A DNA stretch of 64,000 bases from the sequence record LC494302.1. One strand, given 5' to 3'. The position numbers and the translations under genes were made by a program. Positions within the stretch are counted from its first letter, which is position 1. The number at the start of each line of letters is the position of its first letter. Positions 1-8,841 of this stretch are shown in pieces. The notes beneath the pieces were generated by a model. It was not told where the DNA came from. It made no database searches and saw nothing but the letters and a program-made list of their open reading frames with translations.

Positions 1-184
1 CACTATTTCAGTACTCACTAATTATAAAAGATGTATATGATCTTGAGTACTACAAAGAGTTAGTAGATATTTTTAAGAATACTCGACTTTCAAAAGATAT
101 TGTGATATTCTGGTATGTTGAGTATGTTACAGAGGAATTGCTAGAAGAATTTCTTCTAAATATGACAGCTATAAAGGAGAAGTT

Positions 185-658
185 ATGTTAGATATTTTAG
201 GAAACATCGACACTGCAAATTATTTTATTCAAGATGCATTGTTTAATACAGTACAACAAGGTTTAGAAGTTCACCACAATGTTTATCAGGGTGATGGATA
301 TTTTGTTGATATTATCGAGACACGTAAAAATACATTTAATGTTAACATTACGACGCTTGGAAGACAGAACATTGCACGAATTTTAGTAAGTAAAGATGAA
401 ATAGTACTGAGATACAGTGCTAAGTTTATGTTGACTTATAAGAAAAAAACTGATATGTTCAGTACTAATTTATTTGATGAGCCATTTGACCTTGAAGATA
501 TTGAAGCTACTTTCTTTACTCAAAGTACTATGGTAAAATACACTGATGTTCAATTTTCTGCTGATGTAATGTCAGAAACATTACAAATGATCAAGGTATT
601 ATTTTATGCATTTGAGCAATTTAGAGAAGAAAGAAACAAGGTTAACAACCACAGATGA
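185..658 (+). CDS. hypothetical protein (FQ-motif paralog family)
   Basis: 157 aa ORF, AAGGAG upstream; C-terminal EATFFTQSTM resembles the motif in neighbouring ORFs. Confidence 0.75.
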   Translation: MLDILGNIDTANYFIQDALFNTVQQGLEVHHNVYQGDGYFVDIIETRKNTFNVNITTLGRQNIARILVSKDEIVLRYSAKFMLTYKKKTDMFSTNLFDEPFDLEDIEATFFTQSTMVKYTDVQFSADVMSETLQMIKVLFYAFEQFREERNKVNNHR

Positions 659-1019
659 ACTAATAGAGGCGATCACTAAGGAGTCAAAATACCATAAAGG
701 GATTCGTCTATACTTTATAGATACTGGTTCGATGGAAGGTACATACATTTATGGTTCACAATCGTTGTCTTATGATGCAATGCCAAATAAACATGTTAAA
801 ATCTTTTTAGGTTCAAGTAATAAAACTTTCTTGACAATTAATGATAAAAACGTTATTATGAATTCGTTGGGTCATGATAAGGTGGAAATTGATCTAAACA
901 CGCTGGAGGATATTGATTTTTTTCAATACGAGTGTTTAGGTGTTGACTTACATGGCATTAGTAGCGATATGATAAAATCATTAATCAAATATTTCGAAGG
1001 TGTTCATAAATGTATCTAA
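606..1019 (+). CDS. hypothetical protein (FQ-motif paralog family)
   Basis: ORF overlapping both neighbours; DIDFFQYECL motif; true start may be downstream. Confidence 0.7.
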   Translation: MHLSNLEKKETRLTTTDELIEAITKESKYHKGIRLYFIDTGSMEGTYIYGSQSLSYDAMPNKHVKIFLGSSNKTFLTINDKNVIMNSLGHDKVEIDLNTLEDIDFFQYECLGVDLHGISSDMIKSLIKYFEGVHKCI

Positions 1020-1507
1020 CTAAATCAATGAAAAATTCATTTGATAAAATTAAGAGTTGTCTTGATGGAGAAAATATTACAAGTGTTACACAAACTGCTG
1101 ACCAAATTCAAAGCAGTTCAAGTGATTGCACTGTTATTTTTGGTTTACATAGTCTGCGTTTATCAATAGTAAATAATATTGACAACACTGCTATTGTAAT
1201 CACACCATGCAATATTCAAAATGAGAATGGTGTATATCTTCATCACATGGGAACAGTATTTCACATTTTCAATTCAAACGAAAACATTGTTAAGGAATAC
1301 AATACTCTTAATATTGATTCAGGTGAATTATTTCAAATGAGTACTTTGTACTCATGTAATTTTACAGATACTTCATGTATTTTGCCATTTTTCTTGGAAA
1401 TTATTAAGAAAATGGAAAATTTAAAACGTGAATACAATAAAGAAATGGTTCCTGAAGCTATATTAAATATTACTAATGCTATAGAGAAGTATAATGCAGT
1501 GACTTAA
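1010..1507 (+). CDS. hypothetical protein (FQ-motif paralog family)
   Basis: 165 aa ORF; GELFQMSTLY motif. Confidence 0.75.
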   Translation: MYLTKSMKNSFDKIKSCLDGENITSVTQTADQIQSSSSDCTVIFGLHSLRLSIVNNIDNTAIVITPCNIQNENGVYLHHMGTVFHIFNSNENIVKEYNTLNIDSGELFQMSTLYSCNFTDTSCILPFFLEIIKKMENLKREYNKEMVPEAILNITNAIEKYNAVT

Positions 1508-1549
1508 TAAAAACGCACATGGAGTGCATTAGAAGATCAAGGATAGATC

Positions 1550-2023
1550 ATGGAGATTAAAACTGTTGAAAATGGGAAAATTGATGACATTTTAGAGTTG
1601 GACGCATTCAAAGTTCATGATATAATGTTTAATGTGAAGGACATTATTCAATGTCTATTTTTGTGTAGCAAGACAATGCATGATTTTTTTCACAACCCAA
1701 ATACTAACGTTTTTATACTAACAATCAGTACTGAAAACTCGTTTATCATGGGTATGCCTATGAGTACAAATGAACAATATATTGATTGTGTTATTCGTAA
1801 TAACGATAGTATTACGCCACAATCTGAAGTACGTAAAAAGAAAAACACCTACACAATCAAAGATGATAAAATTATGATGTGCTGTAGTAAAGGGTTTATA
1901 TTAGATAATTTTATCGTAAAAGACAGTTATCACGACTTTAAAGTATCTGAAAATCAATCCAATGTAGTTCTTTATGCGAGTGACATAGAAAGTCTAACAG
2001 TTAAAGATCCTAGTTTGGAGTAA
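1550..2023 (+). CDS. hypothetical protein
   Basis: 157 aa ORF with AAGGA upstream. Confidence 0.75.
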   Translation: MEIKTVENGKIDDILELDAFKVHDIMFNVKDIIQCLFLCSKTMHDFFHNPNTNVFILTISTENSFIMGMPMSTNEQYIDCVIRNNDSITPQSEVRKKKNTYTIKDDKIMMCCSKGFILDNFIVKDSYHDFKVSENQSNVVLYASDIESLTVKDPSLE

Positions 2024-2025
2024 TT

Positions 2026-2157
2026 ATGTCGAAGAAAGTTAACAATTTCGTACAGAAACATATGAATGAGTTTAATAAACCTCAGACACATGTGGATCGT
2101 AAAAAAGAAATGAAAAATGGTAAAGTAAAACACAAGTCGAGATTTATTCTCGACTAA
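2026..2157 (+). CDS. small basic protein, 43 aa (not in ORF track)
   Basis: MSKKVNNFVQKHMNEFNKPQTHVDRKKEMKNGKVKHKSRFILD; GGAG upstream; resembles recalled small phage proteins of the 'N.VAK...FNK...H.DRKK' type. Confidence 0.7.
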   Translation: MSKKVNNFVQKHMNEFNKPQTHVDRKKEMKNGKVKHKSRFILD

Positions 2158-2163
2158 TTTTTT
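2135..2163 (+). terminator. intrinsic terminator overlapping the 3' end of the 43 aa ORF
   Basis: AGTCGAGA-tttat-TCTCGACT followed by a T-tract. Confidence 0.7.
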
Positions 2164-2180
2164 GTCTAAATTTATGAGGA

Positions 2181-3035
2181 TTGTATATGTTAGACATTTC
2201 AGATTTTCTTAATTTTAAAAAGTATTCAGTACTTGAACATATCAACGAATTTCTGAATTCTACTACACCATTTGGTATCAGTACATCAGATGCATACGAT
2301 GGATATACAATCTTCCCATACAATGACTTTCAAATTTCCGTCAAAAAAGGTTTTACAAAAGAAGTTGCAATTCGTGATGTAGTAATGTATAGCGATTCTT
2401 CTATTTCTTACTGTCATGATGTGAACAAGTTTGAATCTCTTGCAACACCTAATTGTTCATACTACAAATCACATGACACGATGATGTATAAAGAACAACA
2501 TATCAATGGTGTTTCGTTCTATAAAACTAGCAGTGATAAATCATATACATCTAGAGATGATTTTGGAAAATACACATGTACTATGCACACGGATAATGAA
2601 AAAACAAATTACACTCATTCATTCGAGTCCAAATTCCAAGAGAGTGAAGTTTCAAATATCACTATACAAGAACAGGTTTCAGAAGGCATTGTATATCGTA
2701 GCACTGCATTCTTTCGCATGAAAGATATTGCCACAGGCAGACCAATGATGTACAATATTGACATATACATGAAAGGTGATATATCCGAAGTAGTGATTAG
2801 TACTGGTTATCGTGAAAAATATACAGTTACAATGGAATCACCAGATGCATCATTAGTTCATCTCTTTAACAATTTATATACATTCCAATTCGAACTTAGT
2901 TTCGATCCAAATGAATATCAAATATTTGATATATTAAAAAGTAATATTATTAATAAGTTAGAATATTACTACAAGTTAGGTGGTAAGATGTGCATAGTTA
3001 ATACTATGTTACATAACATAAAAGAAACATTATAA
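2181..3035 (+). CDS. hypothetical protein
   Basis: 284 aa ORF, GAGG upstream. Confidence 0.8.
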   Translation: MYMLDISDFLNFKKYSVLEHINEFLNSTTPFGISTSDAYDGYTIFPYNDFQISVKKGFTKEVAIRDVVMYSDSSISYCHDVNKFESLATPNCSYYKSHDTMMYKEQHINGVSFYKTSSDKSYTSRDDFGKYTCTMHTDNEKTNYTHSFESKFQESEVSNITIQEQVSEGIVYRSTAFFRMKDIATGRPMMYNIDIYMKGDISEVVISTGYREKYTVTMESPDASLVHLFNNLYTFQFELSFDPNEYQIFDILKSNIINKLEYYYKLGGKMCIVNTMLHNIKETL

Positions 3036-3051
3036 ATCTGGAGGATTTGGT

Positions 3052-3345
3052 ATGGATACTAAATTCAAAATTATTTTTAAAACTAAGCCGTATATTCCAC
3101 ATACAGCAGAACGTTTTATACCACATGGTGCTGAGGAAATTATTCACCAAGATGGTACTAAGTTATACCTTGTTCCTTGTTCTTATGAACGTGCAGTAGA
3201 AATGTTACTAATGAATGCTAGACTATGCAAAAACAAGTACATTAGTTACCTATACAATGAACATATTTTAGATTTCAATGATGAAAATATGTTCATTCTA
3301 GCAATTGAGGATTTTGATAACTGGTACAATATTATTAAAATCTAA
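3052..3345 (+). CDS. hypothetical protein
   Basis: 97 aa ORF, GGAGG upstream. Confidence 0.75.
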   Translation: MDTKFKIIFKTKPYIPHTAERFIPHGAEEIIHQDGTKLYLVPCSYERAVEMLLMNARLCKNKYISYLYNEHILDFNDENMFILAIEDFDNWYNIIKI

Positions 3346-3356
3346 TGAAAATAATG

Positions 3357-3384
3357 TGAACATATTAGATTCTTGTGATATAAT
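3357..3384 (+). promoter_or_regulatory. extended -10 promoter (GRACA class) within a 10 bp inverted repeat
   Basis: TGAACA-N16-TATAAT with TG extension; ATGTGAACAT (3354-3363) / ATGTTCACAT (3383-3392) followed by a T-tract. Confidence 0.7.
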
Positions 3385-3417
3385 GTTCACATCTTTTTTT
3401 TGATAACGGAGATATAG

Positions 3418-3804
3418 ATGAATACAAGTTCAATCCTAAAAGCAATTGGTGGTGTTTTACTCATTGAAGTAAAAGGTGAACCAAAGCTATGCTGTTTAGA
3501 AGATATGAAGAATACAAAACACTTCAGTACTGGTCAGATTTTCAATGCCATTCGTATTCTAAATGACAAATCCATTGCTGATTATGGAAAAGTTTGGCCT
3601 GTATATCAAAATGCTGATGGTGATATCAGTACTGATTGGAAAACAATTGAGGCGGTACGACAAAGTTGTGAGAGTGATTGGGACTTCATTGTTGAAGTTT
3701 GTGATCAACTACAAGAAGATGTTCCAGAAATTGTCGAACGAAAAGAAGTCCTAGCACGACTTGAAAAATTCCGTCACGGAACACTACAGTATGACACAAT
3801 CTAA
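3418..3804 (+). CDS. hypothetical protein
   Basis: 128 aa ORF downstream of promoter, GGAG SD. Confidence 0.8.
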   Translation: MNTSSILKAIGGVLLIEVKGEPKLCCLEDMKNTKHFSTGQIFNAIRILNDKSIADYGKVWPVYQNADGDISTDWKTIEAVRQSCESDWDFIVEVCDQLQEDVPEIVERKEVLARLEKFRHGTLQYDTI

Positions 3805-3853
3805 TCTGCTTATTAAAAATATCTAATTAACATTATATAAAAGGAATTTAAAA

Positions 3854-4159
3854 ATGGAAGACAATGGAATGAAATTTGATATGTTTGAAGGTGTACCAGA
3901 GTTCGATTTCAATAAACTTGAAAATGGTGAAGAATCAGAACTAGTAAGTGTTACACTAAAATCAGATACCAAAAAGAAATATTCCCCATCAGTTCGTTCA
4001 CGTTCTCAAGAAGAATATGAAACCTTCATTGAGAGTATTCATTACGAAACGTTCCATCATGCAGATGGTACTCCGTATGAAGTTCGTGTTACAGTACTGA
4101 AGCCTGAAGTAAACCCAATGGAAAATCTACGTCCTGTTTACTGCTGGGCAAGCCACTAA
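3854..4159 (+). CDS. hypothetical acidic protein
   Basis: 101 aa ORF, AAGGA SD. Confidence 0.8.
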   Translation: MEDNGMKFDMFEGVPEFDFNKLENGEESELVSVTLKSDTKKKYSPSVRSRSQEEYETFIESIHYETFHHADGTPYEVRVTVLKPEVNPMENLRPVYCWASH

Positions 4160-4166
4160 TAAACCA

Positions 4167-4198
4167 AAGGACGGGATATAATATCTCGTCTTTTTTTT
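4167..4198 (+). terminator. intrinsic terminator
   Basis: AAGGACGGGAT-ataat-ATCTCGTCTT plus T-tract. Confidence 0.75.
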
Positions 4199-4210
4199 GT
4201 CTGGAGATAT

Positions 4211-5059
4211 ATGAAACTTTATCTAATCGTTGACTACAGTAAGGGTTATTATGACTACGCAGAAGAATCTGAAGGGTATTGCTCGTCTACTAATGTCAAT
4301 GTACGCACCAGTAGTACACATGAGCATGAATCTATTACAAACCTAAAAGATTTCATCGCATATCGAGCATTTGAAAAGAATTTCTGTCGTAGTAGATATT
4401 CGAAGTTTGAGTACCCGTTAATTGATGTTCCTGATGAATTGATGTTCCAGTTAATGCTCACTGGAGTACAAGATTATGATTACATCGCGTACAATCACAT
4501 TACTAAGAAAATTTATATCGGTACGTCAACACATGACATTTCTATGTATGCATCATGCCCCGATGATCGAATGAATGATAGAAAATCATACTATAGTGGT
4601 TCAGTTGGTTCAAATGATTCATTAAATGAAAATTTATTCTTTGAGTACGAGTTTGATAATCATCGAGGGAAAAAAGACCGAGAAGATTATTGTACTGAAA
4701 TTGATAGTACCAATGGATATGAAGAAGTGAAAGAAGCGATAATGCCATATATCCTTGACAAGTACTACAAAGATTTTCAGTACTGTAGTAATTTTCTAAT
4801 CCGAAATTCTATCATAATCGGTCGTCAAAGTACTGCATTCTCTAAGTACTACAATGATTCCCCTGTTGCTGAAAATGAAAACTGTAATATTCTCTCAATC
4901 CCACGTGAAGATATGGTATTCATGTTCACATCTTTCATTGAAGATGATGAGTTGTATGTAAAAAACAAGCACAGGTTCATGCCAAGTAAGATTGAGGTTA
5001 TGAGAAGCTTAAGTGCAGATATCTTAACTAATTTCACTGAAAAAACAGAATACAACTGA
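4211..5059 (+). CDS. hypothetical protein
   Basis: 282 aa ORF, GGAG SD. Confidence 0.8.
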   Translation: MKLYLIVDYSKGYYDYAEESEGYCSSTNVNVRTSSTHEHESITNLKDFIAYRAFEKNFCRSRYSKFEYPLIDVPDELMFQLMLTGVQDYDYIAYNHITKKIYIGTSTHDISMYASCPDDRMNDRKSYYSGSVGSNDSLNENLFFEYEFDNHRGKKDREDYCTEIDSTNGYEEVKEAIMPYILDKYYKDFQYCSNFLIRNSIIIGRQSTAFSKYYNDSPVAENENCNILSIPREDMVFMFTSFIEDDELYVKNKHRFMPSKIEVMRSLSADILTNFTEKTEYN

Positions 5060-5085
5060 GACATACCATAAGTTTATGATATAAT
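5058..5085 (+). promoter_or_regulatory. extended -10 promoter (GRACA class) upstream of ncRNA copy 1
   Basis: GAGACA-N16-TATAAT, TGA immediately before the -10. Confidence 0.65.
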
Positions 5086-5087
5086 GT

Positions 5088-5122
5088 AAGGTGACAGCAG
5101 AATATGTTGTCGCCTTTTTTTT
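5088..5122 (+). terminator. intrinsic terminator overlapping the promoter start site
   Basis: AAGGTGACAGCA-gaata-TGTTGTCGCCTT plus T-tract. Confidence 0.75.
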
Positions 5123-5134
5123 AATCCTGAAAGG

Positions 5135-5730
5135 TTCCATATGGAAATGATTAAAGCCTAATCCACTCGAAAAGTAGAGGGTAGATGAGTAGTCCTTTCA
5201 GTACGAACAGCAAATGAAACCCGTTAGATGATGGCATAGTTTGAACCACTCACGGCAATGCGGCTGTATAAAGAACTCCAATAGGATAAAGAGAGTTCCT
5301 CGATAGACATATAAGGATCGCACCTTACCAATTATCTAAGGGAGATTTCATGAGAAATTTGCGGTCGGAATTATACAATATAGTTGCGTCCAAATTTTGT
5401 GAAATCAAATACAAGTACTGGTCATATGGTATTTGTATTATGTGTCGGGATGTTTAAGACCGACGACCGTTGCTACAAGAACCGCGATAGAGAGAAACAG
5501 AGCAACCCGCTTTCGTCTCGTAAGAGAATTCGTGATATGAACTATGTGAAGGCCACCAGCGTCAAACTTTTTTGTTCTTTCCCCTGCGGGGGGATGAAAT
5601 ATGCTCAAGCAAACCCCGTCAATATTAATTAAAAGAAAATAGTACTTGTAGAATTAGACATGCGTAGCATGGTAATTCTACTGATGTTGATGAAATCAAC
5701 GTCACGTATATTCATTGATGTTTCCATAGG
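5135..5730 (+). ncRNA. large structured non-coding RNA, copy 1 (family unassigned)
   Basis: ~600 nt intergenic, GC-enriched; colinear conserved blocks with 60410-61030; compensatory helix GACGA/TCGTC versus AGCGA/TCGCT; 5'/3' closing helix TATGGAAA/TTTCCATA; ends approximate. Confidence 0.8.
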
Positions 5731-5737
5731 AATAATG

Positions 5738-6280
5738 ATGGCATTTATTAGAAAAGAAAAAACTGTTACTTATAAAACTTTGAATTTTGATGATTGCATT
5801 AATCAATCACAAGACGAAGATATCTTTACTGGATATGTGGTTATTAAAGAAAAAGGATGCATTTCTTATATAAAGGAATTGCAAAATGGAATTGAAGTGA
5901 CTTCAGTTAAATTACTTCCTACTCAAAAACCAACAATATCAAAAGCCCAGTATGGTAATTATTTTGAAGAAAGATATAGTAATAATTCAATAAGTGTTAA
6001 GGCTCATATTATTAAAGGAGAACTAGAAGGAGAATATAGAAAATACAACCCACAAGGAAAATGTGTTTGGGTTAAATACTTCAATTCAGGATATGATGTA
6101 ACATCTGAAATTATAGAGTTCTTAGGTTTAAAATGTACCCCTGAGACTATTCATGATTACAAGTTCAATACTGAAGAAGAGTTTAATCTGATGATGCGTT
6201 ACGGTTCACATTTTAAATTTTTATATGAATATAACATTGACAGTAGTACTTTTGATAAGATAGTACACAACTGTCTCTAA
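5738..6280 (+). CDS. hypothetical protein with a MORN-variant-like repeat
   Basis: GELEGEYRKYNPQGKCVWVKYFNSG; start moved to ATG 5738 behind AGGA because the track start (5660) lies in the ncRNA. Confidence 0.65.
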   Translation: MAFIRKEKTVTYKTLNFDDCINQSQDEDIFTGYVVIKEKGCISYIKELQNGIEVTSVKLLPTQKPTISKAQYGNYFEERYSNNSISVKAHIIKGELEGEYRKYNPQGKCVWVKYFNSGYDVTSEIIEFLGLKCTPETIHDYKFNTEEEFNLMMRYGSHFKFLYEYNIDSSTFDKIVHNCL

Positions 6281-6296
6281 CAAAAGGAATTATATA

Positions 6297-6818
6297 ATGT
6301 CGAAGAAGGATGCTTCGAAAAAACATTCAGTACATTTTAGTACTGGAAAAGATAACTGGACAACTCCAAAGGATTTCTTTGAAGATTTGGATGAACTCTG
6401 GGAATTTACACTAGATGCAGCATGTGTCAAAGAAACTGCATTGTGTGATAATTTTTTCACTCCAGAAGATGATTCACTGTCACAGGATTGGGGAAATAAT
6501 ATAGTTTGGTTGAATCCACCATATAGTGACTTGAAAACTTGGTTATCTAAAGCAGTAGATGCATATAATAACGGGGCAACTGTAGTTATTCTTGTACCCT
6601 CAAGAACCGATACAATTGCTTTTCAGGATTATGCTGCTAAAATATGTGATTGTATTTGTTTTATTAAGGGAAGATTGAGATTTGGTATACCAGAAGAACC
6701 CGATAAGAAAACAGATTCAGCACCATTTCCTTCGTGTCTGATAGTACTGGATAAGTACTTAACCACTGCTAAAATCAATTATCTTAAATCTCTTGGGTTG
6801 GTGATGAAGAATTTATGA
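6297..6818 (+). CDS. phage DNA N6-adenine methyltransferase (PF05869-type)
   Basis: WTTPKDFF, FTLDAAC, DSLSQDW, WLNPPYS, LVPSRTDT, FIKGRLRF, APFPS motifs. Confidence 0.92.
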   Translation: MSKKDASKKHSVHFSTGKDNWTTPKDFFEDLDELWEFTLDAACVKETALCDNFFTPEDDSLSQDWGNNIVWLNPPYSDLKTWLSKAVDAYNNGATVVILVPSRTDTIAFQDYAAKICDCICFIKGRLRFGIPEEPDKKTDSAPFPSCLIVLDKYLTTAKINYLKSLGLVMKNL

Positions 6819-7348
6819 AAGAAACATGCGTATTAACTTTTGGACGTGTTAATCCCGTACATCGTGGACATGGTTTAGTTTTTGAAAAGGCCAAAACATT
6901 ACAAGAACAGTACAATGCTGATTTAAAAATATATCTAAGCACCAGTACTGACAATATAAAAAACCCACTCCCACCTGAACTAAAAATGTATTATACAGAG
7001 GGATTCTATCCTTCAGTGCAAGAGAACATCTACACAGAAGACAATCTATTTGATATAATGAGAGAACTGGATGGAAAGTACTTAGATGTTCTTTTCATAT
7101 GTGGTTCTGACCGTATTGATTCTTTTCAAAAAACTCTTGACATGTACAATGGTAAGTTGTATAATTTTTGTAGTATAAAAGCAATTCAAGCAGGTATTGA
7201 CCGTAATGTAAGTCAATATAGCTCAACACAAATGCGTAACTTCGCAAAAAATGAAGATTTTGATAGTTTTCGTGAGTTTTTACCTGGAAATGACGAGGAC
7301 TTAAAAATACAATTATTTGAAGACGTTATAAAATACATGAGGAAATAA
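6815..7348 (+). CDS. cytidylyltransferase-like (HxGH nucleotidyltransferase)
   Basis: TFGRVNPVHRGH, KNPL, CGSDR, SSTQMR motifs as in T4-like phage cytidyltransferase-family proteins. Confidence 0.85.
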   Translation: MKETCVLTFGRVNPVHRGHGLVFEKAKTLQEQYNADLKIYLSTSTDNIKNPLPPELKMYYTEGFYPSVQENIYTEDNLFDIMRELDGKYLDVLFICGSDRIDSFQKTLDMYNGKLYNFCSIKAIQAGIDRNVSQYSSTQMRNFAKNEDFDSFREFLPGNDEDLKIQLFEDVIKYMRK

Positions 7349-7350
7349 TT

Positions 7351-7644
7351 ATGTCAGTACTGTTCAAAACCAATCCAGTACTTTGGGATCAAAATGAGCA
7401 ATCAGGATTTCGTTCCATCCATGTTGAATACAAAGGTAATACTGTAGTTGCAATTATTGCTAACAAAACTCTAGGAAACTGGACTGCACAGGTTGTTCCT
7501 ATGGGATATTCTTACACATCTGATGAGGTTCAATTCCTGGCTGAACTATATCGTCAAGTGCCGTTTATCATTAATGTACTAGAAGGTAATGATACATTAT
7601 CACATGCAGATGTGATTAATTTTCTTGGAAACTTGCATGTGTGA
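7351..7644 (+). CDS. hypothetical protein
   Basis: 97 aa ORF in operon. Confidence 0.7.
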   Translation: MSVLFKTNPVLWDQNEQSGFRSIHVEYKGNTVVAIIANKTLGNWTAQVVPMGYSYTSDEVQFLAELYRQVPFIINVLEGNDTLSHADVINFLGNLHV

Positions 7645-7924
7645 TGAAATAAATCTTACAGGATATTTTTTACAAGAATCAATGATTAAATTTAGTGATA
7701 AATTTTCAGTACTGGATGGTATCGAAATGTGGCATGTCAAACCACTGTTCCACACTTTCAGTAAAGAGCACAAAATGTTATTGACTGAAGCCAGTAAATC
7801 AAATAACATATGTGAAATCAAAATTGGTGTAAATGTCTATAAAGGGATGGTTATCTTTTTTGACAATAACAGCAACTACTTTTATATTGTTAAGGAGCAT
7901 TACGTTGACAAATACAAATACTAA
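7625..7924 (+). CDS. hypothetical protein
   Basis: ORF overlapping neighbours; start uncertain. Confidence 0.6.
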   Translation: METCMCDEINLTGYFLQESMIKFSDKFSVLDGIEMWHVKPLFHTFSKEHKMLLTEASKSNNICEIKIGVNVYKGMVIFFDNNSNYFYIVKEHYVDKYKY

Positions 7925-8519
7925 TACATATTTCCGTTATCTTCGCTTAGGTCTTTCCCTACGTCCGATCCGTGGAAAGTGCGATTCACTCGCTGACCTT
8001 GACTATGCATATGCATTACATCATGAAGGTGTACAGTATGTATTGGGTGATTATGGTGAATTTGAAGAAACAAATGACAGTACTGGAATTAATGCTGGTG
8101 TAGAAAATCTTAACAACATTGCTAACAGTTCTCGCCATGACATTGTGTTACAGATTCAAAACTTTATTGAGCAACACACAGGCAAACGTGTTTGGTGCTA
8201 TGTCGGTACTGATGCACAAATGTCAATTTCATTCGGTAACGATGAAGGATATGTTGCACAGCTTATTATGGATTTTGAATCTGAAGAGAAGTTTTTAGAA
8301 TTCAAAGAAAAGATTATTCAGTCACTTGTTGATATGGGTATCCCCGAAGATAAAATGCCAGAAGTCCAAAACATTGATGAATTTGTTTTGATTCCATCTG
8401 ATGAGAAATATGATGCAATGTTTACTGCTCTTAATATTCCAAGAGTTATTGTGGAGTACTTTGATGATGGTGATGATAGTATCTATATCGATCTAGATGA
8501 CGATGACGACGATGAATAA
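7905..8519 (+). CDS. hypothetical acidic protein
   Basis: probable TTG start at 7905 behind AAGGAG; poly-Asp C-terminus. Confidence 0.75.
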   Translation: MTNTNTNTYFRYLRLGLSLRPIRGKCDSLADLDYAYALHHEGVQYVLGDYGEFEETNDSTGINAGVENLNNIANSSRHDIVLQIQNFIEQHTGKRVWCYVGTDAQMSISFGNDEGYVAQLIMDFESEEKFLEFKEKIIQSLVDMGIPEDKMPEVQNIDEFVLIPSDEKYDAMFTALNIPRVIVEYFDDGDDSIYIDLDDDDDDE

Positions 8520-8524
8520 TGTAC

Positions 8525-8553
8525 ATAGCCCGACATAAGTTCGGGCTATTTTT
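8525..8553 (+). terminator. intrinsic terminator
   Basis: ATAGCCCGA-cataagt-TCGGGCTAT plus T-tract. Confidence 0.8.
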
Positions 8554-8565
8554 GTAAGGGGATAT

Positions 8566-8841
8566 ATGAATTATAAAGTTCTACAATATACATACAGTGT
8601 TTTGTTTGATTTACATCACAATGGAAGATATCTCAATACAATACGAGAAAACACATTCACTCATACTATCTGGATTAATCACTTAATAATGATACGTGAA
8701 TATTTTGTTAATAGTGAGATAATCATTCGTGGTAAAAAACAGAAGATAGAACAAGTTAATAGTTTTGGTGGTAAATTAGTACTATCATTTATAGATAGTA
8801 ATACTAATGAAAGATATAGTATAGATTTGGTGGACATATGA
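8566..8841 (+). CDS. small paralog (TYK array)
   Basis: MNYKVLQYTYSVLFDL N-terminus. Confidence 0.75.
   Translation: MNYKVLQYTYSVLFDLHHNGRYLNTIRENTFTHTIWINHLIMIREYFVNSEIIIRGKKQKIEQVNSFGGKLVLSFIDSNTNERYSIDLVDI

Noticed and set aside
5384-5632. 82 aa ORF in the ORF track, and the 5660-5737 N-terminal extension of the next ORF
   Set aside because: Lie inside ncRNA copy 1; no SD; the homologous region of copy 2 does not keep the frame.
5135-5730. ncRNA as group I/II intron, tmRNA, RNase P RNA or hammerhead
   Set aside because: It interrupts no gene; I could not find group I P/Q/R/S cores, a group II GUGYG start or domain V, tRNA-like ends or the RNase P GAGGAAAGUC motif. CTGATG..GAAA near 5681 lacks hammerhead geometry. 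A covariance-model search is still needed.
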